NCBI GenBank assembly: GCA_965223155.1 | Contig: CBDCVR010000014.1 | Location: 896,001 to 960,000, forward strand | DNA: 64,000 nt | Reading direction: 5' to 3' | DNA from: Candidatus Multivoradales bacterium | GTDB lineage: Bacteria > Acidobacteriota > Thermoanaerobaculia > Multivoradales > JAHEKO01 | Shown: positions 47,130 through 55,963 of the stretch, piece after piece | Layout: each line of letters begins with the position of its first letter | Position numbering within the stretch: position 1 is the first letter of the stretch | The notes under the pieces: model-generated | Databases searched by the model: none | Told to the model about the DNA's origin: nothing | The model's input: the letters and a program-made list of their open reading frames with translations, nothing else | Made by a program: the position numbers and the translations under genes

Positions 47130-49730
47130 CTAGTTGCCCCAAGACGTCTGGAAGTTGTACTTGAGGCGGGCGTAGTAGAACGCACCGTTGAAACCGAACG
47201 GCGAGAACTGACTGTAAAGATTGCCGACGCCGGAGCGCGCGCCCTGGTTCTCCTCAGGGAAGGTATCGAGCGCGTTCTGCGCTCCCAGGACGAACGTCAC
47301 GTTGTCGTTGAAGTCGTAGGCGGCCTCGAGGTCGAGCACATGCTCGCCACCGTAGACCGCGCCGTCCTCCGAATCGAACCAGCCATCGTAGGAGCTCAGG
47401 CGTCCGAGAATCCTGAAGCCGTTGTCCATCTTGTGGTTGGCGCTCAGGTTCCAACGAGTCTCGGGCAGGGCCTCCTGGAGCTCCCGAATCCGGGTGGCGT
47501 CCAGTGTCGCCGGGTTGAACTTCGTGACCTCTGTGTCCGTGTTGTTGAACAGGAAGCTGAAGCTCGTCTTGCCGTCGAAAGCCGGCGGCGTGTAGGTCGC
47601 TACCACGTCGAAACCGGTGGTCTCGGTGTCGAAGTCGTTGGTGAAGAACCGGAAGTTCTGCAGGTTGGCCGCGCTGGTGATGCCTTCGGCGACCAGAGCG
47701 TCGACCTCGTCCGGGTTGAGCGAGAAAAGCTGGGTCACGGCCAGCCGATCCTCGAGATCGATCTGGAAGTAGTCGATCGTCAAGGTGAACGGACCGTTGT
47801 CGTAGACGAAACCGGCCGCCAGGTTGGTGGACTCCTCAGCCGTCAGCGGCTCACCGCCACGAAGCTGGGCGACTCGCGACGACGACGGGATGGTGCCGTT
47901 GTTGACCAGATCCATCAGCACCAGGTCGAACTCGGTAGACACGTTGAACGCGTTCGACTGGCCGGGCGTCGGAGCGCGGAAGCCGGTCGAGGCGCTGGCC
48001 CGGAGCTGGAACCGGTCGTTGACCTGGTAGCGGCCCGAGAGCTTGCCGTTGGTGGTCGTGCCGAAGTCCTCGAAGTCCTCGAACCGGACCGCCACGCCGT
48101 AGGCCCATTTGCCGTCGCCGCTGTTGCGCTCCAGGTCCCCGTACAGGGCCCAGTTGCTGCGCGCCCAGCTACCCGCGGCGATCGGACCGAAGCCCGGAAA
48201 GCCGTTCGAGGCCGAGCTGAAGCCCTGCGCCGCCAGCGGACCGATCTCCCAGGAAGCCTGGTCGCCGATGCCGATGGTGAACTCCTCTTCACGCCACTCG
48301 AGCCCGCCCGCCACGTTGGTGCGGTCGTTGAGGGCATACGTGACGTCGAAGTTGAAGTTGAGCTCTTCCTGCTCGTAAAGGCCCGGGTCGAACGACGTCG
48401 GCGTGTTCGGACCCAGCGAGGCGTTGACGGTATTGAAAATGAAGTAGTCAGCCTCGTTGGTGCCCTGGCTGACGCTCACGTCCCAACCCAGGCCGGCGTT
48501 GGTCGAGCCGCGCAGGCCCAGGACGATCGAGCTGTCGGTGACGTCGCCACCGAAGTTCGGCGTAAAGCCGCCGGGGAAAAGCTCCTGGAAGGAGAAGCAA
48601 TTGGGGTCATCCAAGACCTGCTGGAGGGCGACGGGATCCGGAACGTCGTTGGTGATCGTGACCACCGGGCAGTTGGCCGAGCCGTCGAGGACGCCGTCCT
48701 GGGCGTCCAGCAGATCGCCGATCAACAGGGTCGCGCCACCGTCACCGCTGAACACGGATCCGCGGGTGTTGGGGTTCCGGAAGTAGAACCCTCCGGTGAC
48801 CTTCTTGGTGCCGTAGTTGGCGTGGCCGTAGAACTGCTTGCCGCTGTCCGTGACCGTGCCGAAGTTGGCCCACAGCTTGACGTCGTCGGCGATCTCGGGC
48901 GAGCCCCAGATCTGCGCCGGAGTGCGGACCGCGGCGTTACCGGCCGCGATCAGCGCGGCGGCGTCGTTTCGTTGGACGCTCCGGTCGGTGGGATCGGCAT
49001 CGGAGACCTCGGCGCTCAAGTTGAAGAAGCCGTTCTGCCCCATGGGGAAGCCGACGTTCGCGGCCACGGACAGCGCGCTGCCGTCACCCTCGGCGTACTC
49101 GCCGGTCTTGACCTCGATCGAGCCGCCCTGGCTGGCGTCCTTCAGCATGAAGTTCATGACGCCGGCGATCGCATCCGATCCGTACTGGGCGGAGGCGCCG
49201 TCCCGCAAGACCTCGACCTGGCGCAGCGCAATTGCCGGAATCATTGCAATGTCCGGTCCCTGCGCACCATCGGCGACACCGTTGCCGAGCCAGTGGATCA
49301 CCGCCGCGCGGTGGCGCCGCTTGCCGTTGACCAGCACCAGAGTGTGGTCGGGCGCCAGATTCCGCAGATTGGCCGGGCGCACGAGCGTTGACGCGTCACT
49401 GATGGGCTGGGTGTTGACGTTGTAGGACGGAGCCACGGTACGCAGCAGATTGCTGACGTCGGTCTCGCCCTGATTCAGAAAGTCCTCATCCGACAGCACG
49501 TCAATCGGCACCATCGACTCGACCACCGAGCGCGGCTGCGCGCGGGTACCGGTCACGACGATGACATCGGAGAACTCTTCGGTTTCCTGAGCTTCCTCGC
49601 CGTCGCCTTCGTCCATCGATTCGGCCATCTCGCCGTCATCCTGGGCAAACGCCTGGGGCGCCACGCCTGCGACGACAAGCACTGCCAGACCCAGGATCAA
49701 CACCAGGTCTCGAAGTCTGTTCATGGTCAC
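47130..49730 (-). CDS. TonB-dependent receptor
   Basis: Signal peptide; VIVVTGTR, LVLVNGKRRH, VEVLRDGASAQYGSDAIAGV, STGFRAPT, SPFGFNGAFYYARL. Confidence 0.95.
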   Translation of the reverse strand: MTMNRLRDLVLILGLAVLVVAGVAPQAFAQDDGEMAESMDEGDGEEAQETEEFSDVIVVTGTRAQPRSVVESMVPIDVLSDEDFLNQGETDVSNLLRTVAPSYNVNTQPISDASTLVRPANLRNLAPDHTLVLVNGKRRHRAAVIHWLGNGVADGAQGPDIAMIPAIALRQVEVLRDGASAQYGSDAIAGVMNFMLKDASQGGSIEVKTGEYAEGDGSALSVAANVGFPMGQNGFFNLSAEVSDADPTDRSVQRNDAAALIAAGNAAVRTPAQIWGSPEIADDVKLWANFGTVTDSGKQFYGHANYGTKKVTGGFYFRNPNTRGSVFSGDGGATLLIGDLLDAQDGVLDGSANCPVVTITNDVPDPVALQQVLDDPNCFSFQELFPGGFTPNFGGDVTDSSIVLGLRGSTNAGLGWDVSVSQGTNEADYFIFNTVNASLGPNTPTSFDPGLYEQEELNFNFDVTYALNDRTNVAGGLEWREEEFTIGIGDQASWEIGPLAAQGFSSASNGFPGFGPIAAGSWARSNWALYGDLERNSGDGKWAYGVAVRFEDFEDFGTTTNGKLSGRYQVNDRFQLRASASTGFRAPTPGQSNAFNVSTEFDLVLMDLVNNGTIPSSSRVAQLRGGEPLTAEESTNLAAGFVYDNGPFTLTIDYFQIDLEDRLAVTQLFSLNPDEVDALVAEGITSAANLQNFRFFTNDFDTETTGFDVVATYTPPAFDGKTSFSFLFNNTDTEVTKFNPATLDATRIRELQEALPETRWNLSANHKMDNGFRILGRLSSYDGWFDSEDGAVYGGEHVLDLEAAYDFNDNVTFVLGAQNALDTFPEENQGARSGVGNLYSQFSPFGFNGAFYYARLKYNFQTSWGN

Positions 49731-50093
49731 GTTCGTCTCCTTTCGATCTTTCCGGGCCGACCGTGGCGGTCTCAGCCAGCCACGCGTAGTCCGGATGCGA
49801 TTACCAGAATCCTCGACAAATACCCAGAAACACTACCACAAACGCCCATTCCCGCCCGCACTTCCGGCGTCGAATCAACACTGGGAGCGCGGGCCCTTTC
49901 CCGAACACTACGGACCGTTCCGCGGAGAAGTTCCAGGTGGCGCGACGTACCGACCCCGGCCGCCCCGCCAGGGCGAACCGGCTCGGGATGCCATCCCGCT
50001 GGAAAACCGAGGAACCGGATCCGACGTCCCACCTGCGGGGCGGTCCGAGGGTCGGCGTGGCCGGTGCTGGCGACTCGTACCGCGCTGAGTCGC

Positions 50094-50119
50094 GATTTCT
50101 ATTACAATTCTTATTAGCA
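50094..50119. promoter_or_regulatory. AT-rich Fur-box-like site between the divergent TonB receptor and TPR genes
   Basis: gatttctattacaattcttattagc (reverse: GCTAATAAGAATTGTAATAG) in a GC-rich background. Confidence 0.35.
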
Positions 50120-50181
50120 CTCACCACCGGCCGCGGTGCGCTAGCGCACACTGGCCCATTTTCTTCGGCAAGGAGTCCCGC

Positions 50182-51915
50182 ATGACCGATCCCTCTCTTC
50201 GTCGTTCCCGCTCCCCTCGACGCCGTTTCCTATCGACCTACCCACGATCGATCAGCTCGGCCGCGGTCGGCCTCCTCATCGTTGCCGGCTGTGCGGCCCC
50301 CGAATCCGCCTCGACTCAACCGGCCGAGGAGAGCCCCGCGGTCGGGACAGCGGTGGTCGATGCTAGCGGCGCTCCGCTCGGTACCGTGGACTTCCCGACG
50401 TCGTGCCCGGACGCGCAGGAGCAGCTCGAACTAGGGCTCGCGCTCCTCCACCACATGAACTACCGCAAGGCCGAAGAGGTCTTCGAAGCCGCGGCCACGA
50501 CCGATCCGGAGTGCGCTCTCGCCTACTGGGGCCAGGCGATGACCTGGGTCCATCCGCTGTGGCCGGACACGATCCCGGCAGACAAGCGCGAAGCCGGCGA
50601 GGAGCTCTTGCAGCAGGCCGCCGGCGCGGCGCACACCTCGCCTCGCGAGAGTGCCTACGTGGAAGCCCTGGCCAGCTACTACGACGGTGCGGACCGCTCC
50701 GAGCGGGAGCGCCTCGAGACGTATCTCGCCGCCTGGACGAAAGTCCATGCCGACAACGCCGGCGACAGCGAGGCGGCACTGTTCCACGCCTTGGCACTCC
50801 TCGCCAACGCCCCGGCGTCCGACAAGACCTACGCCAAGCAACTCGAAGCCGGAAGCCTCCTGGAGGACGTCTTGGCCCGGGTTCCCCAGCATCCCGGAGC
50901 CCACCACTACACGATTCACGCCTACGATTTTCCGCCGCTGGCGGAGAAGGCGCTCGACATCGCCCGCCGGTACGACGAACTCGCGCCCGAGAACACCCAC
51001 GCGCTCCACATGACCAGCCATATCTTCACCCGGCTGGGACTGTGGCCGGAGTCGATCGAGTTCAACCTGCGCGCCGCGGCGGCGGCCGCCGACCGGACCT
51101 CCACCGGCGAGGTTTCGCTCCACCACCTCCATGCGCTCGACTATCTGGCCTACGCTTACCTCCAGCAGGCTCAAGAAGGCAAAGCGGACGGCGTCCTGGC
51201 CGAGATCCAGGCTTTGGAACCGCCGTTCCAGAATCACTCCGCAACAGCGTACGCCTTCGCCGCCGTGCCCGCGCGTCTGGCGCTCGAGCGGCACGACTGG
51301 GAATCGGCGGCCGCAACCCGCATCGGTTGGCCCACCGAGGTGGCTTGGGAGCAGTACCCGTACCTCGACGCCATCTCGCACTTCGCCCTGGCCTTGGGCA
51401 GCGCCCACACCGGCAACCCGACCGCGGCCCAGGCCGCGATCGCAGAGCTGGAGCGTCTCGAAGGCGCCGCTTCGGTCCTCAACGTCGCCTACGACTGGGG
51501 GATCCAGGTCGAGATTCAGAAACTCGCCGCGCAGGCGTGGCTCGCCTACGAGACCGGCGACGTGGCCGGCGGTCTGGAACGCGCCCAGGAAGCGGCCGAG
51601 CTCGAAGGCACCACCGAGAAGAACCCAGTGACTCCCGGAGAGGTGCTGCCGGCGGCGGAGCTCTACGGCGACATGTTGCTGGCAGCCGAGCGCTACGGCG
51701 AGGCCATCGACGCCTACCGGAAGGCTCTCGACCGCTCGCCCAACCGCTTCAACAGCCTGTACGGCGCGGGGCGGGCGGCGGAGCTCGCTGGCGACGCGGC
51801 GGCCGCGGCCTCGTTCTACGGACAACTGGCCGAGGTCTGCTCCGGAGCTCCGGAAGGCCGGCCCGAGCTCGCCCACGCCCGCGCGTTCTTGACCGAAGCC
51901 TCCGCGGGCCCGTAG
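50182..51915 (+). CDS. TPR-containing lipoprotein
   Basis: AAGGAG RBS; VAGC lipobox; GTVDFPTSC, HPGAHHYTIHAYD, HALHMTSHIFTRLGLW, PNRFNSLYG. Confidence 0.88.
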   Translation: MTDPSLRRSRSPRRRFLSTYPRSISSAAVGLLIVAGCAAPESASTQPAEESPAVGTAVVDASGAPLGTVDFPTSCPDAQEQLELGLALLHHMNYRKAEEVFEAAATTDPECALAYWGQAMTWVHPLWPDTIPADKREAGEELLQQAAGAAHTSPRESAYVEALASYYDGADRSERERLETYLAAWTKVHADNAGDSEAALFHALALLANAPASDKTYAKQLEAGSLLEDVLARVPQHPGAHHYTIHAYDFPPLAEKALDIARRYDELAPENTHALHMTSHIFTRLGLWPESIEFNLRAAAAAADRTSTGEVSLHHLHALDYLAYAYLQQAQEGKADGVLAEIQALEPPFQNHSATAYAFAAVPARLALERHDWESAAATRIGWPTEVAWEQYPYLDAISHFALALGSAHTGNPTAAQAAIAELERLEGAASVLNVAYDWGIQVEIQKLAAQAWLAYETGDVAGGLERAQEAAELEGTTEKNPVTPGEVLPAAELYGDMLLAAERYGEAIDAYRKALDRSPNRFNSLYGAGRAAELAGDAAAAASFYGQLAEVCSGAPEGRPELAHARAFLTEASAGP

Positions 51916-52065
51916 CATCGCCCCGCGTTCTCGGGCGGCTGACGAAGCGGAGCACGGGGAAGCCGACCTGACCTTGGAAACCTCCGGAAACGAGCTGGCT
52001 CACCCGGCCGGCTCCGGCGACGGCTGACGAGGATCTCGCCCCCCGATCAGGGCCGATACCAGCCT

Positions 52066-53073
52066 CTAGAGAACCGACGCGTATGCCGGCAGCGCGGGCT
52101 GGCCGCCCAGGTGCGCGTAGAGCACGGTCGAGCCCGCCGGGATCTCGCCGCTCCGCACCATGCCGATGAGACCGGCCATCGACTTGCCTTCATACACCGG
52201 GTCGGTGAGCACTCCCTCGAGGCCCGCCACAGTGCGAATCGCGTCCAGGGTGCCCTGGTCGGGTACGCCGTACTCGCCGGCGTTGTATCCATCCACGATC
52301 TCGATCTCGCTCTCTTCCAGTGGCCGTTCCAGACCAATCGCCTCGGCCGTGAACGAGGCGATGCGGGTCACCTGGCCGATCGTCTTGTCGAGCGTGGCCG
52401 AGGCGTCGATACCCAGGACCCGGCGGCGGCGATCTTGGAGCGCGAAGCCCGCGATCATGCCGGCCTGGGTCGAGCCGGTGACGGTGCAGACGACAACGGT
52501 GTCGAAGAAGCGGTCGATCTCGGCCTCCTGCTCGGCCACCTCCCGCGCCCAGCGCGCAAAGCCGAGACCACCCAGGGGGTGGTCCGAAGCTCCCGCCGGG
52601 ATGGCGTAGGGGACACCGCCCTCAGCCCGCACGGACTCGAGCGCCCGCTCCCAACTGGCGCGAACGCCGATGTCAAAGCCGGCCGGATCGAGCCGGACGT
52701 CGCTTCCCAAGATGCGGGAAAGCTGGACGTTGCCAACCCTGCCGTACATCGGATCGTCCCAATCCACCCACGTCTCCTGAACCGTGACCGCCTTGAGGCC
52801 CACATGGGCCGCAACGCCGGCCACCTGCCGGGTGTGGTTCGACTGAACCCCGCCGATCGACACCAGCGTGTCGGCTCCCTGCGCCAGAGCCTCAGGAATC
52901 AAGTACTCCAACTTCCGAACCTTATTGCCGCCGAAGGCGATGCCCGAATTGCAGTCCTCGCGCTTGGCCCAGATCTCGACCTCGCCGCCCAGGTGCTCCG
53001 AAAGCCTGCGCATGGTGTGAATCGGCGAGGGACCGAAGGTCAGCGGATAACGCTCGAACCGGTCGAGACTCAT
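52066..53073 (-). CDS. acdS: 1-aminocyclopropane-1-carboxylate deaminase
   Basis: [66 protein letters not shown] (Glu), HLGGQPAL (Leu). Confidence 0.92.
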   Translation of the reverse strand: MSLDRFERYPLTFGPSPIHTMRRLSEHLGGEVEIWAKREDCNSGIAFGGNKVRKLEYLIPEALAQGADTLVSIGGVQSNHTRQVAGVAAHVGLKAVTVQETWVDWDDPMYGRVGNVQLSRILGSDVRLDPAGFDIGVRASWERALESVRAEGGVPYAIPAGASDHPLGGLGFARWAREVAEQEAEIDRFFDTVVVCTVTGSTQAGMIAGFALQDRRRRVLGIDASATLDKTIGQVTRIASFTAEAIGLERPLEESEIEIVDGYNAGEYGVPDQGTLDAIRTVAGLEGVLTDPVYEGKSMAGLIGMVRSGEIPAGSTVLYAHLGGQPALPAYASVL

Positions 53074-53879
53074 CGCGCCGCCTGGGCGCCCGCCGAGCGG
53101 TCCACCACCCGGTACAAGACCCCCGGCTGCGGCCAGTCGAGGACCATGCCGCGGCCGACGCCGCGAGCCACCTCGTCGCCATAGAGGTGGGCAACGAGGT
53201 ACATGGCGACGTCGTAGCTCCGGGCGCCGCCCTGGGAGGTAAGCGCCTTGCCGTCATGGACGAAGCTCACGTCCCGGACGACCTCGAGCCGCGGGAACAT
53301 CGCGACGTAACGGTCCACGTCGCCGGGGAAGGTCGTGCTCACCAGGCCATCCAGAAGGCCGGCGGCCGCCAGCACGAAGGCGCCATCGCAGAGCGAGACC
53401 AGGTAGTCGGCCGCGGCGCCCACCCGCCGGACCCAGGCCATCATCGCTTCGTTCTCGAGGTCGGTGTCCATCGAGTGCTCGGCGCTCGGCACGACGAGGA
53501 CGTCCATCGCGGGAGCGTCGGCGAAGCCGTAGTGGGCCGCTACCGTCAGACCCTCGAAGGTCGTCACCGGCTCTCCATCGGGCGAGACCGTGAAGACCTC
53601 CATGCCCGGCTCGACGTGGAAGACGGTGTGGTGAAAGATGTCGTAGGGCGCCATGAGCTCGCTGTTGTAGACACCGTCCACGATCAGAAAGCCGACCCGA
53701 AGCGCCCCCGAATTCGGAGCCAGATCCGAAACCAAGTTCGAAGCAGACTCCGAAACCGGCGTCTCCGCGTCAGCCTCCAACGCCGGCAATCCGGCGGCCA
53801 GAAACGCGACCGCCAGTGCCGCGGCCGCGACGACTCCTAGACCTGTCAGGGTGCCAGCCCCCGACCTTGGCGAAGGCAC
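53070..53879 (-). CDS. DJ-1/PfpI family protein with signal peptide
   Basis: [48 protein letters not shown]. Confidence 0.88.
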   Translation of the reverse strand: MPSPRSGAGTLTGLGVVAAAALAVAFLAAGLPALEADAETPVSESASNLVSDLAPNSGALRVGFLIVDGVYNSELMAPYDIFHHTVFHVEPGMEVFTVSPDGEPVTTFEGLTVAAHYGFADAPAMDVLVVPSAEHSMDTDLENEAMMAWVRRVGAAADYLVSLCDGAFVLAAAGLLDGLVSTTFPGDVDRYVAMFPRLEVVRDVSFVHDGKALTSQGGARSYDVAMYLVAHLYGDEVARGVGRGMVLDWPQPGVLYRVVDRSAGAQAAR

Positions 53880-53882
53880 GGA

Positions 53883-54425
53883 TCAGTCCTCCGCGCCTGC
53901 CGGCAGCCGGAGTTCATCCAGCCGGACTTCATGCAGCCAGACTTCGTGCAGATGACGCCAGACGAGGCCGTTCGGCGCGGCGTCGTCCGGTCCAAAAACC
54001 ACGGTGCTCAGCCGGCCGCGGCTCGCGCCTTCCCGGTCGTGCCATTCCTCATAGGTAGCGACCACGAGCTCTGGCGACGCCTGGCGCACGACCACGTCTT
54101 CGATCCGGATGCGGCCAGGAGCGTCCCGCCAGCGGCCGTGCGCCTTGCGAATAGCGTCCACGATCGGCTCGCGGCCGGCCTGGCCGCCCTCCGGACCGAT
54201 CAGGACGAAGGATGCGTCCAGAACGTCGGCGAACCGGGCAAAGGCCGCGTCCGTATCGGGCAGCTCGGCGTTCGACCATGCCTCCAAGAATTCGTGCAGC
54301 TCGACCACCTCGGCCCGGCAACGGTCCTCGAGTGAGGGTTCGGCCCGGGATACCGAAGCGACCCCCAGGATCAGGGCGGCCGCGGCCAGGGCTCCGACCG
54401 CGCCGTCGATTCCAAGCATGCTCAT
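53883..54425 (-). CDS. DUF4440/SnoaL-like (NTF2 fold) protein
   Basis: EVVELHEFLEAW...F..IGPEG...ATYEEW...RLSTVVF...LVWRHLHEVW. Confidence 0.8.
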   Translation of the reverse strand: MSMLGIDGAVGALAAAALILGVASVSRAEPSLEDRCRAEVVELHEFLEAWSNAELPDTDAAFARFADVLDASFVLIGPEGGQAGREPIVDAIRKAHGRWRDAPGRIRIEDVVVRQASPELVVATYEEWHDREGASRGRLSTVVFGPDDAAPNGLVWRHLHEVWLHEVRLDELRLPAGAED

Positions 54426-54605
54426 CCACCGATCTTCTCACTGTTCGCCCCTCCCACGAGCCTGCCGGGGATTGGGCGAGACGGCAGAAAACGGTGGAGT
54501 CGAAGGCTACTGGAGCGGCCACGGGCTGGAGCCGGAACGCAAGATGCGATCACCAGCCCGGCGGGCCGGTACCGGCCCCTCTCGGGACTCTCGACCCACG
54601 CCGCC

Positions 54606-55730
54606 TCAGCGACTGTGGATGCGCCGTTCGATCAGCTCGTCCACCGACAGGTCGCCCGGCCCCTTGGTGCCCGTGCGCCGGACGAAGGACGGCGAAACGT
54701 CGTGGATGCGCATCTCGACCAGCTTCTTGACCGGAACGTCGACGTATCCAAGCTCCTGGAGCGCGCGCACGAAACCCGGCGTGACGTCGTGAATCCGGGC
54801 CTCGACCAGTTGCTTGGCGTCGAGGCCCCGGTACCCCAGCTCGGCCATCTTCTCGAGATACGAGCGCGAGACGTCATGAATGCGCATCTCGATCGCCCGG
54901 CGGAAGCTCCCCTCGCGGACACCGAACTCAGCCAGAGCCGCCAGGTACTCGGGGGTGACGTCGTGAATCCGCATCTCGACCAGACGCTCGACCTCCGGAA
55001 CGCCCAAGCCGGCCGCCAGCATGCCTTCGACGTAGGCCGGCGCGACGTCATGGATCCGCATCTCGACCAGACGCTTCGCGGGAACCTCCGCATACCCGAG
55101 AGCCTGGATCGCGCGCACAAACTCCGCGTCGACGTCGTGAATCCGCATCTCGAGCAGCCGCTCGAATGGCAGGGCGCCGTAGCCGAGATCCGCCAGATCC
55201 GAGGCGAACGCCAGCGTCAGGTCGAGGAGCGCGCAGCGCAGACCGTCCCAGTCGCTCAGATCCGGATAGCCCAAGTCGGCCATCGCGCGCGCGAACTCGG
55301 CCGACGAGACAAAACGAAAGCTGCCCCGCACCTCGCCCCGCTGGTCGCTCTCGCGAGTCAACTCGAAGGATCCAGCGTCGCGGCGGACGGTGTGCCGGAC
55401 CCCATCGCCTTCGAAAAAGCGGACCAGGGCTTCGGCCTCCAGGCGGGCGGCGAGATCTTCCTCCGACGCGTCTAGACCCAGCCAGTGCGACTGATGGATG
55501 TGGTCGCGCCCCGAGCGGGCCCTGGTCTCGACCTGCCAACCCTTGCCGTGCCGTTCGGCCCTCCAGGTGCCCTCAATTCCCTTGGTTTCGACTCCCTCGG
55601 CCGCCCACAGGGCGCCCGCGAACGCCACCAGCGCGACCACGGCCGCCAGGGCGCAGCCCGCGGCCACCTCGATCCACGACAGCCTGCCTCCCGAGGGACC
55701 CGTCAAGAAGGTTCGTTCCAATCTCATCAA
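54606..55730 (-). CDS. Membrane-anchored protein with seven ~29-aa EMRIHDV repeats
   Basis: AAGGAG RBS; N-terminal TM; six RIHDV repeats plus a terminal RIHSR at a 29-aa period. Confidence 0.8.
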   Translation of the reverse strand: MMRLERTFLTGPSGGRLSWIEVAAGCALAAVVALVAFAGALWAAEGVETKGIEGTWRAERHGKGWQVETRARSGRDHIHQSHWLGLDASEEDLAARLEAEALVRFFEGDGVRHTVRRDAGSFELTRESDQRGEVRGSFRFVSSAEFARAMADLGYPDLSDWDGLRCALLDLTLAFASDLADLGYGALPFERLLEMRIHDVDAEFVRAIQALGYAEVPAKRLVEMRIHDVAPAYVEGMLAAGLGVPEVERLVEMRIHDVTPEYLAALAEFGVREGSFRRAIEMRIHDVSRSYLEKMAELGYRGLDAKQLVEARIHDVTPGFVRALQELGYVDVPVKKLVEMRIHDVSPSFVRRTGTKGPGDLSVDELIERRIHSR

Positions 55731-55744
55731 CAGTCTCCTTGTTC

Positions 55745-55819
55745 CAGATACTCAGATCACTCAGCTGGCTCAGCTGGCTCAGATCACTCAGATAGCTCAG
55801 ACTCTCTCTGATCACTCGG
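55745..55819. repeat. 9-bp-period tandem repeat (CTCAG-N4)
   Basis: CTCAG at 55751, 55760, 55769, 55778, 55787 and 55796. Confidence 0.8.
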
Positions 55820-55963
55820 TCGTCTGTAGCCGGCATCTCGCCGACCGCTCCGCACCTACCGAAACTACCGCGCGCGGCCGGAAAGGTTACTCGGCCGCTA
55901 CGCCGCGGCTATGATCGCACCAGGAGCACCGGGCGCCGCATCCGAGCCTGGCGCATCGAAACC

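Noticed and set aside
49731-50050. Cobalamin or TPP riboswitch upstream of the TonB receptor
   Set aside because: No convincing B12-box or TPP (CTGAGA) core in the right arrangement.
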